Made by a program: the position numbers and the translations under genes. A DNA stretch of 64,000 nt from an uncultured virus (IMG/VR IMGVR_UViG_3300025167_000005). Lineage: Duplodnaviria > Heunggongvirae > Uroviricota > Caudoviricetes. Of the stretch, positions 9,372-18,573 are shown in pieces; position 1 is the first letter of the stretch, and every line of letters begins with the position of its first letter. Where the stretch lies: the IMG/VR virus record IMGVR_UViG_3300025167_000005; one strand, written 5' to 3'. The notes beneath the pieces are model-generated. The model saw only the letters and a list, made by a program, of their open reading frames with translations, did not search any database and was not told the origin of the DNA.

Positions 9372-10532
9372 ATGGCTCCTATTCCGAAGCCTGCCCGTAG
9401 CGGTATCCTGGTCATCGCGGCTGTTGTCATCGCTGTAGTCGTGGCCTTTGCCGTGCTTCGACCGGGATTCGAGGATGTGACCGGAGACGGTCTGCCGGAC
9501 GCCGTCGTCACCTTCGACCAGGCATCGGACACGAACGACGACGGTATCGGAGACAACGTAGACCCGAGGAATGGACCTCCCGCGGGGAACGATTACGACT
9601 TCGACAATGACGGCATTCCAGACCCAGATGACCCCGATGATGACAACGATGGAATCCCGGACATCTCCGACCCCGATGATGACAACGATGGAATCCAGGA
9701 CATCTCCGACCCCGATGATGACAATGACGGTGTGCTCGATACCGTGGACTATGGCATTCCTCCCACGACCTTGAAGGGTATTCTGGCTTTGAACGCCCGT
9801 CTCGACTGGGTCAGCGGAGATGACACTGAATTCACACGGGCGCAGCCCCTGTCCGTGTATGACATCACCAGCGGGCGCGAATTGACTGGTTACATCTATA
9901 CTCCTCAGGTCAAGTTTGACCTGAACCGGGTGTTCGTGGTCGTTGTCAGCCATCTAACCATCCTCATCGAAGTGTCCTGGAAAGACCCGAGCGACCCCGT
10001 GGACGGATTGGACGTACACGAGGTCTTGTCTGTCGATATTCCCCTGAACTCTATCGTCATCTACTCTCAAATAACTCCCTCTCCGACCGGAGGGCATTCC
10101 ACGGACTGGAAACCCTTGGGTAGCGTGGTGGTTGTGTCGGCGAACGACATCGAGGATGCCATCCTGAGTCGGCAGACCTTTAGTCTTCGTGCCGGAGACA
10201 CGGTCTGGGTAACCACAAAGATGGCGGCAGAGTTCCAAGTATATGCCCGGCTTGCTGAGTATCCGGACCTGATTGGTGTATCGCTTGGTAGTCGTGTCCT
10301 CCAGGTATCGTGGCCAACGTTCGCTCTCTGTTGGGACTACTATGAGACCGGGGCCTGTCTCTCCGCGGGCGGTGGTGGCGGCGGTGGAGGTGGTGGAGGG
10401 GACTGTTTTGGGAAACCTGGACCCTGTGACCCGATGCCCATGTCTATCCTCCAGTTGGACAACTCTATCCGTACCAAATATGACAACGAGGACTTTCCCT
10501 CAACTCAGGACCTTCTCAACTGGAGAGGGTGA
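9372..10532 (+). CDS. Membrane-anchored surface protein with thrombospondin type 3-like Ca-binding repeats
   Basis: N-terminal TM helix, repeated DDDNDGIPDISDP, poly-Gly linker; TATA CTTTATATAG upstream. Confidence 0.8.
   Translation: MAPIPKPARSGILVIAAVVIAVVVAFAVLRPGFEDVTGDGLPDAVVTFDQASDTNDDGIGDNVDPRNGPPAGNDYDFDNDGIPDPDDPDDDNDGIPDISDPDDDNDGIQDISDPDDDNDGVLDTVDYGIPPTTLKGILALNARLDWVSGDDTEFTRAQPLSVYDITSGRELTGYIYTPQVKFDLNRVFVVVVSHLTILIEVSWKDPSDPVDGLDVHEVLSVDIPLNSIVIYSQITPSPTGGHSTDWKPLGSVVVVSANDIEDAILSRQTFSLRAGDTVWVTTKMAAEFQVYARLAEYPDLIGVSLGSRVLQVSWPTFALCWDYYETGACLSAGGGGGGGGGGGDCFGKPGPCDPMPMSILQLDNSIRTKYDNEDFPSTQDLLNWRG
9595..9745 (+). repeat. 39-bp tandem repeat encoding D-x-D-N-D-G-I/V-x-D units
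   Basis: CCCCGATGATGACAACGATGGAATCC.GGACATCTCCGA repeated, with degenerate flanking copies. Confidence 0.85.
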
Positions 10533-10535
10533 CCC

Positions 10536-10757
10536 ATGGCCTGTCCAATAGGGGACTTTGGATGCTACGCTGTTGAAGGCATCTTCGGGGTCCTGGCCAC
10601 CTACGTCATTCCTATCGTCCTGGTCCTGGTGGCTCTGTTTGTCTTCCCCCGGATTGGAAAGCACGGATGGATTCTTTCGCTCATCGTCATCGCTGGCGTA
10701 GTTGTGTGGTTCGTCGGAATTCCGGGCCTGGTTCTGCCGGTGAGGGAGATGTTCTGA
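10536..10757 (+). CDS. Small two-TM membrane protein
   Basis: Two hydrophobic helices; GGAG-type RBS. Confidence 0.7.
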   Translation: MACPIGDFGCYAVEGIFGVLATYVIPIVLVLVALFVFPRIGKHGWILSLIVIAGVVVWFVGIPGLVLPVREMF

Positions 10758-10897
10758 TGGGAAGAAGTCTTCTCTATGATGAGGCTATTCGGCGTTCGGG
10801 GGCTTCTGGTCTACGACAGGACAGCGGACCACATCGCAGAGACGTGGGTCTTTTTCGTGGGCAGATTCATGTTCGGTCCCACCGGAGGCGAGCATGA
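10757..10897 (+). CDS. Small protein with C-terminal Arg tag
   Basis: MGRSLLY...QIHVRSHRRRA; TGATG coupling. Confidence 0.55.
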   Translation: MGRSLLYDEAIRRSGASGLRQDSGPHRRDVGLFRGQIHVRSHRRRA

Positions 10898-11046
10898 CCT
10901 CCGTGCCTGTTCGTCGTCATATTCGTCGAGTGAACTGCCTACCGAAGAAAGAGGACATGCTTACGCTCAAGAAAGATAAGGAGGTGGAAGATGAAAAGGA
11001 CAATCCTCGTGAAGAGGTATCTGAGACGGCATCCGACGACGCCTAA
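10894..11046 (+). CDS. Small protein (50 aa) with N-terminal Arg tag and acidic tail
   Basis: MTSVPVRRHIRR...EEVSETASDDA; ATGA coupling; not in the ORF track. Confidence 0.5.
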   Translation: MTSVPVRRHIRRVNCLPKKEDMLTLKKDKEVEDEKDNPREEVSETASDDA

Positions 11047-11455
11047 GCAGACCGTTCTGAACGCGGTTGGTGTCTTGAAGAAACTCGATGCCGATGACAA
11101 CCTGAAGCATCTCTGCTACGTCCAGGTCTCTGATATGGACTCTCAGGTCATTCCGTCGAAGGCGGGCTTCCGTCGTGGAGCCTGTACTGTAGCCAATATA
11201 GAGATGGCCGATGTCCACGACGTAGTCGAAGCCGCTACGACTCTTTACCATGAGGCGTTGCACTCCAGAGACATCGCCGTTCGGGGCGTCGAGGGTGTTG
11301 GCAAAGAAAACGAAGTGGCTGCGCATCGGGAGACCGTTCACTTTCTCAGGGATTGGTTGGCCAAAGAGAAAGACAAGGCCACCCGAGCGCGTATCCGGGA
11401 GGAGATTGATGAAGAGTTCATGTCTATTCGCGTGCTGGGCATGGAAGAGGACTGA
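10991..11455 (+). CDS. HExxH metallopeptidase-like protein with N-terminal Arg tag
   Basis: MKRTILVKRYLRR; TLYHEALH..ENEVAAH; AGGAGGTG RBS. Confidence 0.7.
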   Translation: MKRTILVKRYLRRHPTTPKQTVLNAVGVLKKLDADDNLKHLCYVQVSDMDSQVIPSKAGFRRGACTVANIEMADVHDVVEAATTLYHEALHSRDIAVRGVEGVGKENEVAAHRETVHFLRDWLAKEKDKATRARIREEIDEEFMSIRVLGMEED

Positions 11456-11460
11456 GGACC

Positions 11461-12360
11461 GTGCTCTGGTCCTCCAAACTCCCCCAGGACGCCGACTTCG
11501 GGTCGTGGAAGGATGACGACTACCCGAAAACGCCCAAGGGATGGCGCAGACAAGACCTCGGCACGGTTGTTGTCCTATGGCCAAAACGCTCTTCGAGTGT
11601 CGAGCAACGTGCAAAGGAGGTCTACGCCGAGGCCGTGGCTCCCGCCTGGAAGGCCTACGAAGAGACCGAGGCTTCTGCCGAGAAGGTCTACGGCGAGGCT
11701 GTGGTTCCTGCCGAGAAGGTCTTCGACGAGGCCGTGGCTTTCGCCTGGAAGGTCCGCGACAAGGCTGTGGCTCTTGCCCAGAAGGCTTACTACGAGGCCG
11801 TGGCTCCCGCCCTGAAGGTCTACCGCGAGACCGTGGCTTCCGCCCGGAAGGCCCGCGACGAGGTCATAATTTCCGCCCGGAAGGCCCAGGCCGAGGCCGA
11901 GGCTCTCGCCCAGAAGGTCTACGTCGAGGCCGAGGCTCCCGCCCGGAAGGTCTACGACGAGGCCACGGCTCCCGCCCGGAAGGTCTTCGACGAGGCTACG
12001 GCTCCCGCCCGGAAAGCCCGTGAAGAGGCCGAGGCTCCTGCCTGGAAGGTCTACGAAGAGGCCATGGCTCTCGCCGGAATCGACTACAACCTCGTTCTCG
12101 CCGAGAACCTGCCTCTTCTTCTCGACCCTCCACCTTCCCGAATTGTCCTCTACAATGCCAATACCGACAAGTGGGTGGAAACCCCAGACCCGCAGGAAGC
12201 TTCCAAGTTTGCGAGCCTGGCGGTGTGGGAAGGTCAGAAGTTCGCGGAGAAGTTGATTGAGGGGCGGAAAGAAGTCCGGAAGGCGTTCGAAGGCGGAGAG
12301 CTTGTACGATTTGGTCGGCGCAGGACGGTCTTCGTTAGGAACTACCGGAGGAGACGATGA
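11461..12360 (+). CDS. 11-residue (hendecad) repeat protein with C-terminal Arg tag; paralog of 59867-60646
   Basis: EAVAPAWKVYD-type repeats; ends VFVRNYRRRR. Confidence 0.85.
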   Translation: MLWSSKLPQDADFGSWKDDDYPKTPKGWRRQDLGTVVVLWPKRSSSVEQRAKEVYAEAVAPAWKAYEETEASAEKVYGEAVVPAEKVFDEAVAFAWKVRDKAVALAQKAYYEAVAPALKVYRETVASARKARDEVIISARKAQAEAEALAQKVYVEAEAPARKVYDEATAPARKVFDEATAPARKAREEAEAPAWKVYEEAMALAGIDYNLVLAENLPLLLDPPPSRIVLYNANTDKWVETPDPQEASKFASLAVWEGQKFAEKLIEGRKEVRKAFEGGELVRFGRRRTVFVRNYRRRR

Positions 12361-12830
12361 TTTTCAACGCTCGAATCTTGAAACTCTTACTGGCCATCGG
12401 GGCTATGGGGGTCATCGTGTCTCATCCGGCCCTCCTGGGCTGGCTGGGTAGTAGCCCTCCCTGGTATGCTTTTGCGCTCTGGTATGTCATCTTCTTCCTG
12501 TTTGTTTCCTTCATCGGCGTATCCGTGTTTCCGGGCAAGTTTCGGCTGAGGCATGCCGTTGGCATCGTGGTGCTCTGGTTTGCTCTTTCGCCGGTTCTGG
12601 GCTGGGTGAACAATCCGGTCTTCTCGGAGCAACTGACCGGGGCGACGGTAACTGGTGTGGAGGCTGGACCCGAGGAGACTATCCTGACTTGGGCCTGGAT
12701 GACGTTCACGACGGACTCAGGCATCCTCATCTTCCTGGTCTACATACTTGCGCCAATTCTGCTAACCACGCTGGCCGTGTTCATCTTGAGGCCAGGACCG
12801 TTCATGCGCGAGTTTAAACGGATGTTCTGA
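12357..12830 (+). CDS. Four-TM membrane protein
   Basis: Four hydrophobic segments; ATGA overlap. Confidence 0.75.
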   Translation: MIFNARILKLLLAIGAMGVIVSHPALLGWLGSSPPWYAFALWYVIFFLFVSFIGVSVFPGKFRLRHAVGIVVLWFALSPVLGWVNNPVFSEQLTGATVTGVEAGPEETILTWAWMTFTTDSGILIFLVYILAPILLTTLAVFILRPGPFMREFKRMF

Positions 12831-12983
12831 GGAGATTCTGCCGCAGCAGACCTTTCCGAGGATAACCTTTATAGGGCAGTTGCCCTATGAAAATTGTCGA
12901 TGGCGTGTTCCAGACAGTTCGCGGCCTGCTTTCAGGAGTTCAGGTGCTCGATGTCGCAGATGGCCGAGTCTTTCCGTAGAGCC

Positions 12984-13325
12984 ATGAAGTATGACAAGAC
13001 GCTGAGCCCCGTGAAGCTCTATCCCTACGTATGGAGCACAACCTCACCCGATTCCATCCAATTGGATATGGGCACTGGGCCCGATGGGGTTTTTGCGGTA
13101 GCCACGTTCACGTTCGATGTGCAGGTCCTCGGCGTCGTTGTCCACGTCTGCATCTGGGAAGTCACTCGACCAGATATCTCTGAGCAATGGTCTGCACAAC
13201 CTGTCCACGACCAGCCGAGGTATGAGTTGGCTCTCTCTCAGTTCAAGGCTTGCCTGCTTCGCCAGTCGATGGAGCACGTTATTCTCGTTCCAGAGAATGT
13301 TCCTCCTCCGCCTGAGGATGCTTGA
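12984..13325 (+). CDS. Hypothetical protein
   Basis: MKYDKTLSP...; its stop overlaps the recombinase start. Confidence 0.55.
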   Translation: MKYDKTLSPVKLYPYVWSTTSPDSIQLDMGTGPDGVFAVATFTFDVQVLGVVVHVCIWEVTRPDISEQWSAQPVHDQPRYELALSQFKACLLRQSMEHVILVPENVPPPPEDA

Positions 13326-14038
13326 TGCGTCTGGCCGGGTACATCCGGGTTAGCACCGAAGACCAGGCAAAGGAAGGGTTCTCCTTGGAGAACCAAAGAG
13401 ACAAAGAGAGTCAGTTTTGTTCTTCAAAAAGCATGCCCGAGGACCCCTGGGTCTTGGTTGAAATCTACCAGGACGACAGCACGGGCAGGAACGTGGACCG
13501 TCCAGGCTACCAGAGGATGCTCGCCGAGCGTGACAAGTGGGATGCCATCGTCGTAGTGAAGCTGGACCGCATCCACCGCAACCAGAAGAACTTTGTCTCC
13601 ATGATGGAAGACCTGGAGCGATGGGGTAAGAAGTTCGTGTCCGTGCAGGATTCGCTCGACACGAGTACGGCCATGGGCCGATTCGTGATGTATATCATCA
13701 TGCAGATTGCCCAGTTGGAGAGTGAGCAGATTGGAGAGCGTGTTGAGCCTTCGATGGCCCTTGCCAAGAAGAAGGGGTTGCACGTTGGCAGGCCTCCGGT
13801 CGGATTCTCCTGGTCGAAAAGTGAGGTCAAGTTCTCTTTGACTGCGTGGGCGAAGAAACTCATTGAGGACGTTGCGGCGTATGGAGTTGTCGAGGCCGGG
13901 CGCATGAATCCATATGTGTCTGGGAAGAAGACCAAGGGAAAGCCGGTGAGCGAGAGTGCGGTCCGACGCATCCTGGAAAATTTCAGGATGTTCGAGGCTG
14001 GCACACTGAAGCCGAACAGCAAGACCCAGCAAGCCTGA
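13325..14038 (+). CDS. Small serine recombinase (resolvase/invertase family)
   Basis: YIRVSTEDQ (catalytic Ser), RPGYQRML, KLDRIHR, DTSTAMGRF, GRPPVG. Confidence 0.93.
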   Translation: MRLAGYIRVSTEDQAKEGFSLENQRDKESQFCSSKSMPEDPWVLVEIYQDDSTGRNVDRPGYQRMLAERDKWDAIVVVKLDRIHRNQKNFVSMMEDLERWGKKFVSVQDSLDTSTAMGRFVMYIIMQIAQLESEQIGERVEPSMALAKKKGLHVGRPPVGFSWSKSEVKFSLTAWAKKLIEDVAAYGVVEAGRMNPYVSGKKTKGKPVSESAVRRILENFRMFEAGTLKPNSKTQQA

Positions 14039-14075
14039 CCCAAAGCTTTATTAGGCCCCGGAGGACGGTCGAGGC

Positions 14076-14693
14076 GTGCCTAAGCTGACTCCGCTCATTG
14101 CTCCCAATCTACAGAAGATGGCGTTGCCAGTCATCACCCTGTCGATTATCGTCTTCTTTCTCATCCAGGGTCCGGTCCTCTTTCCCAACCAGTGGGGGCA
14201 GTGGCAGACTATCACTATCATCTATGCCCTGATGGTCATGATTAGCCTTGTCCGTGCGCCAGCTTCGTTTGAGTTTCCGGCGTGGAAGGTGTTACTCTGG
14301 TTTGCGGCTGCGTTCGGCATTGGCACGGTGCTTTTCAAGGTCCTGTTCTCTGGGTTTACCTACTCGCCTGGGTTCCCGAGCGGGGACTTTATTCCCACGG
14401 CAGTCTTCCAGCTTGTGGTCATCTCCTACAGCGAGGAGTCGTTTTTCCGAGGGTTCCTCTCGGGGTTCGGCAAGGGTGGAGTTGGTCTTGGCGTTCTTCC
14501 GTCGGCCCTCCTGTTCGCGGTCTTCCATCTTGCAGCTTACTCGGTTGGTGGGTTCAATTACATGGCTTTCGTTGTTGCGTTTGTGATGGGGATTGCGTTT
14601 GCGTATACCTACCATTCGACCAAGAGCTTCTCGGCCATCGGGGTTGTTTGGGGCCTGCACGCTGCGTGGAACGTCGTATTGCTGTTCGGGTAG
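14076..14693 (+). CDS. CPBP (CAAX/Abi) intramembrane metalloprotease
   Basis: EESFFRG, FAVFH, GLHAAWN motifs in a multi-TM protein. Confidence 0.88.
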   Translation: MPKLTPLIAPNLQKMALPVITLSIIVFFLIQGPVLFPNQWGQWQTITIIYALMVMISLVRAPASFEFPAWKVLLWFAAAFGIGTVLFKVLFSGFTYSPGFPSGDFIPTAVFQLVVISYSEESFFRGFLSGFGKGGVGLGVLPSALLFAVFHLAAYSVGGFNYMAFVVAFVMGIAFAYTYHSTKSFSAIGVVWGLHAAWNVVLLFG

Positions 14694-14701
14694 GGGGTCT
14701 C

Positions 14702-15286
14702 ATGGTACGAATGATACCTGTCCGTAGATACCTTCGTCGAAAGCGCGGAAAGCAGCGTCAGAGGTTGCCGCCTATCCCGCCTGCGGGAACTCCACTCTTT
14801 GACTGGAATGAGATAGCTCCGGGCCTGCTGGACGAGGTCCTGGAAAGGGCCAAAGGACGAACCGAGAAATCCTGGAGCATTCTGCCAGATGGTAACGTGG
14901 AGACGTGCGAGGGAGGACCGACCTCGTGCATCGTGAGCCAGGCAGCCGTGTACGTCTTCCACACTCATCCCGCTTCTCCATACGACACAGAGTCACGCCC
15001 GCCCAGTGTGAGAGACGTGCTTTCGCTCTATAGGCATCCAATGATGAAGGCCAGCATTGTCGTGGATGGCCATGGGAACGTCTGGGGGATGCGTAAGACC
15101 ACAGAGACTTCCACCCGGTCGCCGTGGAAATTGATGCGAGATTATAAGGGGCTTGAAGAACTTTTTGGAAGCGAGATGTGGAGCGAGAAGTTCGCCCGCG
15201 AGCTGGGCATCGAGGTCGTTCAACTTAGGAGCCAATGGGACCCTCCGGCGGTATCCTTTTGGGACGACGTTGGCCCTAACCTTTAA
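14702..15286 (+). CDS. JAB/MPN-like domain protein with N-terminal Arg tag
   Basis: MVRMIPVRRYLRR; upstream E, FHTHP, PPSVRD (HxH-x(n)-S-x2-D). Confidence 0.7.
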   Translation: MVRMIPVRRYLRRKRGKQRQRLPPIPPAGTPLFDWNEIAPGLLDEVLERAKGRTEKSWSILPDGNVETCEGGPTSCIVSQAAVYVFHTHPASPYDTESRPPSVRDVLSLYRHPMMKASIVVDGHGNVWGMRKTTETSTRSPWKLMRDYKGLEELFGSEMWSEKFARELGIEVVQLRSQWDPPAVSFWDDVGPNL

Positions 15287-15312
15287 ATACTCTTAGCCCA
15301 AATCCTACTTCA

Positions 15313-15693
15313 GTGACCAAGAACGGTTCCGTGGTCTACGCCAGCGGGGTCCGGCCCAGGACGGACCGCATCATCCGGGCGTTCGCGGCCAAGAACGACC
15401 TGACCCTTGCCCAGCTCATGGACATCCTGGCCCACGTTGTCTGTGCCTACGATACGATGCGATTGTTCAGTGGAAAGCTCGGAGAGTACAATCCGAACTT
15501 CTCCAGGTTCGACAGGCTCGTGCGGGACTACATGGAGACAAACACGCCAGAGCAGTACAGGAAGGCCCCTTTCATCCAGAGGATGTTCGGCACGATGTTC
15601 AAACCGGTCACCCGACGTGAACTGGAGATGATTGACAAGGAGCTGGAGGAAGAGGAAAAGCTTCCCGTCATCCCCGAGGTGACTGCGGAATGA
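15313..15693 (+). CDS. Hypothetical protein (possible ribbon-helix-helix N-terminus)
   Basis: TATA CCTTTAAATAC about 25 nt upstream; beta-alpha-alpha-like pattern by eye. Confidence 0.65.
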   Translation: MTKNGSVVYASGVRPRTDRIIRAFAAKNDLTLAQLMDILAHVVCAYDTMRLFSGKLGEYNPNFSRFDRLVRDYMETNTPEQYRKAPFIQRMFGTMFKPVTRRELEMIDKELEEEEKLPVIPEVTAE

Positions 15694-16277
15694 GGGTTCT
15701 TGGTCTGCTGGCGACCTCCTTTTTGCTTCTGGTCCTCCTGATTCCGGCCTCCGCGTCGGCAGTGACTTATGACATGTACCTCTGGAGCACGGACTATCAA
15801 CCTGGACACGTCATCTATGTCAACATGACCGGGCAGGCTAACATGTCGGTCAGCATCAAGATTACCGATGACGCGAAGGACATCGTGGCGGGGCGGGATG
15901 CCATACTGGATGTGTCTGGCAACTACTCGTTCGACTGGAGCCCATCCCAAGAGGGGAATTACAATGTCACCGTGACCTTTGCGACTGGGTTATCCATCAC
16001 TCGTCCTGTTCTCATCCAATCCAAGGTGACGCCTATCCAGATTGGAGAAATTTACCGGTCCATCTTTGGGGTTGAGAGCAGGTTGACTGCACTCATCAAG
16101 GACCAGGGAGGACTCGTTGTAGGTGCGTTGGCACTTGGGGGAATTGCGGTTGCTATTTCGAGTTACATGGGCTGGTACGTGAAGAAGAAGGCCTCGCCCG
16201 CGGAGACCGAGTTCGAGCGGTTCCTGAAAAGTGACGTGGAAGGCGTCCTCGGCAAGTTCTTGGAGAAGGGGAAGTAG
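15690..16277 (+). CDS. Secreted/membrane protein
   Basis: Signal peptide (ASASA), beta-rich domain with N-x-S/T sequons, C-terminal TM helix. Confidence 0.8.
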   Translation: MRVLGLLATSFLLLVLLIPASASAVTYDMYLWSTDYQPGHVIYVNMTGQANMSVSIKITDDAKDIVAGRDAILDVSGNYSFDWSPSQEGNYNVTVTFATGLSITRPVLIQSKVTPIQIGEIYRSIFGVESRLTALIKDQGGLVVGALALGGIAVAISSYMGWYVKKKASPAETEFERFLKSDVEGVLGKFLEKGK

Positions 16278-16281
16278 TCTC

Positions 16282-17976
16282 ATGCGATGCGGCAGTCTGG
16301 CCGTGGTCTTGATTCTGCTTGCTTCTTCGGTTGTGGTTCTGCCTCCAGTGACCGCGGACCCGCCCCTGGTGAGCTGGACGACGGCTTCAGACTTCGATTC
16401 GGGGACCAAGTCGCAGCCGAGTCCCGTTGATGGAAACTACGAGGTAGAGACGAATACGGACAGTCCAGTTGTTTCTTCTGGAGCGTTGTCTTTGGCCAGG
16501 CGATACGGCGACCGATTTTCTTTGGACAGTAGCGACGATTGTGCGTTTTCGGACGAAGTGACGTGGAAGTGGGTCTGTGTTCCTACCGGAGTAGTTACTG
16601 CGGATGCTGACGTGACTGCTGGCGTATTCCGACTTCAGGCGCAAACAACGACTCCTGGAACTGGAACTGTTCAAGTTTTTCACAATGTAAACATCGATAC
16701 CACCTCATTGGATATCGACATCCGGGCAAAGTTCGTGCGACAAACACATAGCTTGGTAGTTAACACAAGCGTCTATCTCGTCCTGGGGACTTCTTGTGTT
16801 CTGCTTTGGACGTGCGGGGCAGGAGCAGATTATGCCTTTTACCGTATTAGCGTTTCTGGAGGTGACTATGTACTGCAAGCAGTTAAGAGCCAGGACCTTG
16901 TGGACACGCAAGTAGGCTCTGATACCGTGCTGCCGTACAATCCAATCTATCTCAGAGTTCAGACTCCGGGAGGAGGTTCGTGGAGTCTTTCCTACTACTA
17001 TTCGCAGGACGGGGAAACGTGGACTCTTGACGAATCTACTACGCTTACTCAGTCGTCTGCGGCAACTTCCATGGTTTTAGGAGTACAGATGGCGGGGATT
17101 GGAACGACGGTAAATTATGACTTCGACGATGCAGGCGTTTTCGCAGGAACCCTGATAGCGGCCCCAGTAGCCGCGTTCCGAGCGTTGGGCTCTTGGACCT
17201 CTCCCCAGGTCGGAACCACGAACTGGGGGAATACCCTCTTGGCCATCTATCACTCTGGGCTGAGCGCATCTGCTTACCTGGACCGGGTAGAGGTTTTGGA
17301 AGGGACGACCATGGTCTGGAGCACGGATGTAGATTCCACGAGCGGGCCGTACTCGGCATACGACATCGGAGCCGTGATTCCGACGACACAGATTGTCCTC
17401 TATCTTGCTGGTGACGGGACCACGTCTCCGACCATCGAAGAAGTCCGCCTGGACGTGCTGACTACTGGCGGTGGGGGAGGCGGGAGCGGTGGAGGTGGCG
17501 GTCTTCCCAAGGACTTCATCGACATAGACTATCCAAGGTTCTTTCGTTGTCAAAACGTGACGTTCTCGGACAACCGACCCGAGGCGGCTTTAGCCATTCT
17601 CTATATCTGGAGCTTCGGTGACGGGACGGCAGAGTTCACCACCGAGCCCACGGTCAACCACACTTATCGGGAGGAAGGCCTCTATGTAGTCACTGTCCGT
17701 GTCCAGTATCGCGGCGGAGGAATCGATATCGCCACGTCCTGGGTGGATACGCGAGGATTCAACTGCGTCCTCGCCAAGTTCATTGAACTCATCTTCCCCA
17801 TCCTGGCCATGCTCGGCGGCCTGATGGCGCTGACTGCGTTCTTCGTCTATCAGTCCAGGCTGCCCAAGAAGAAGCGGGAGCGGTTGATGCGGGCGTTCCT
17901 TGCCGTGTCGTTGGGATGCTTCGGAGTAATTGTCGCGGTGACCCTTTACGCGACGTTTGTTGGGTTGCCGGTTTAA
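16282..17976 (+). CDS. Large surface protein with PKD domain and C-terminal membrane anchor
   Basis: Signal peptide, beta-rich body, Gly linker, PKD motif YIWSFGDGT..HTY..G.Y.VTV, two terminal TM helices. Confidence 0.85.
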   Translation: MRCGSLAVVLILLASSVVVLPPVTADPPLVSWTTASDFDSGTKSQPSPVDGNYEVETNTDSPVVSSGALSLARRYGDRFSLDSSDDCAFSDEVTWKWVCVPTGVVTADADVTAGVFRLQAQTTTPGTGTVQVFHNVNIDTTSLDIDIRAKFVRQTHSLVVNTSVYLVLGTSCVLLWTCGAGADYAFYRISVSGGDYVLQAVKSQDLVDTQVGSDTVLPYNPIYLRVQTPGGGSWSLSYYYSQDGETWTLDESTTLTQSSAATSMVLGVQMAGIGTTVNYDFDDAGVFAGTLIAAPVAAFRALGSWTSPQVGTTNWGNTLLAIYHSGLSASAYLDRVEVLEGTTMVWSTDVDSTSGPYSAYDIGAVIPTTQIVLYLAGDGTTSPTIEEVRLDVLTTGGGGGGSGGGGGLPKDFIDIDYPRFFRCQNVTFSDNRPEAALAILYIWSFGDGTAEFTTEPTVNHTYREEGLYVVTVRVQYRGGGIDIATSWVDTRGFNCVLAKFIELIFPILAMLGGLMALTAFFVYQSRLPKKKRERLMRAFLAVSLGCFGVIVAVTLYATFVGLPV

Positions 17977-18128
17977 AAGAGGGCGAACCGCTTAGACAGA
18001 GGGGTCGGTTAGCCTCTCCGGCTGAGCGTGTTCTGTGCGATGAGTGTCGCTACCGGAACCACCCGGCTTATTTCACTCCTCTTGCCGTCGCACCGACTTA
18101 CTGGTCACGGCGCCATAGAGCCAGTGAG
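17976..18128 (-). ncRNA. Candidate structured non-coding RNA (about 150 nt)
   Basis: Class-II promoter directly upstream, no usable ORF, nested stems, terminal hairpin plus TTTT. Confidence 0.45.
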
Positions 18129-18184
18129 GCTACTATGGGTTTGGTGGTATATAAACATTGCCTGTCGCCTATCGAAGTAGTCCT

Positions 18185-18454
18185 TTAGAACCGGATGGCA
18201 CCAGTTGTGCTCACGACCAGGAAGATGAAACTGAGCATGAGCATGTAGGCCAGGAACGACCCTGAAGTGGCCGCCAGTGACACGTTGCCGAGCTTTCTGG
18301 CGACAAGGAACATGGTCAAGAACACGAGCAAGGTCAGCCCAAGCACCGGCAGCAGGGAGAAAATGCCGTTCATGGCGGCCATCCAGAGAACGATAACGGC
18401 GACAACGAGTCCTGCTGTGAGACTCCACTTGTTGAACTTGGGCAGCTTGGGCAC
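18185..18454 (-). CDS. Three-TM membrane protein
   Basis: Hydrophobic segments; TATA CTTTATAAG upstream. Confidence 0.7.
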   Translation of the reverse strand: MPKLPKFNKWSLTAGLVVAVIVLWMAAMNGIFSLLPVLGLTLLVFLTMFLVARKLGNVSLAATSGSFLAYMLMLSFIFLVVSTTGAIRF

Positions 18455-18573
18455 GACAAGGAATGGTCTGAAGTGCCTTATAAAGCTTTCTGACCAACTA
18501 TTGAGTGGCCTGCTATCAAAGCGCTGAGAATGCCTTCGAAACCCTTAAATAGCCCTGAGGAGATGCTAATAGC

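Noticed and set aside
13325..14038. IS607-family insertion sequence
   Set aside because: No N-terminal HTH before the catalytic domain and no adjacent tnpB.
17916..18188. Plus-strand 90-aa ORF
   Set aside because: Starts inside the upstream gene without an RBS and runs across a minus-strand promoter; the ncRNA reading is preferred but unproven.
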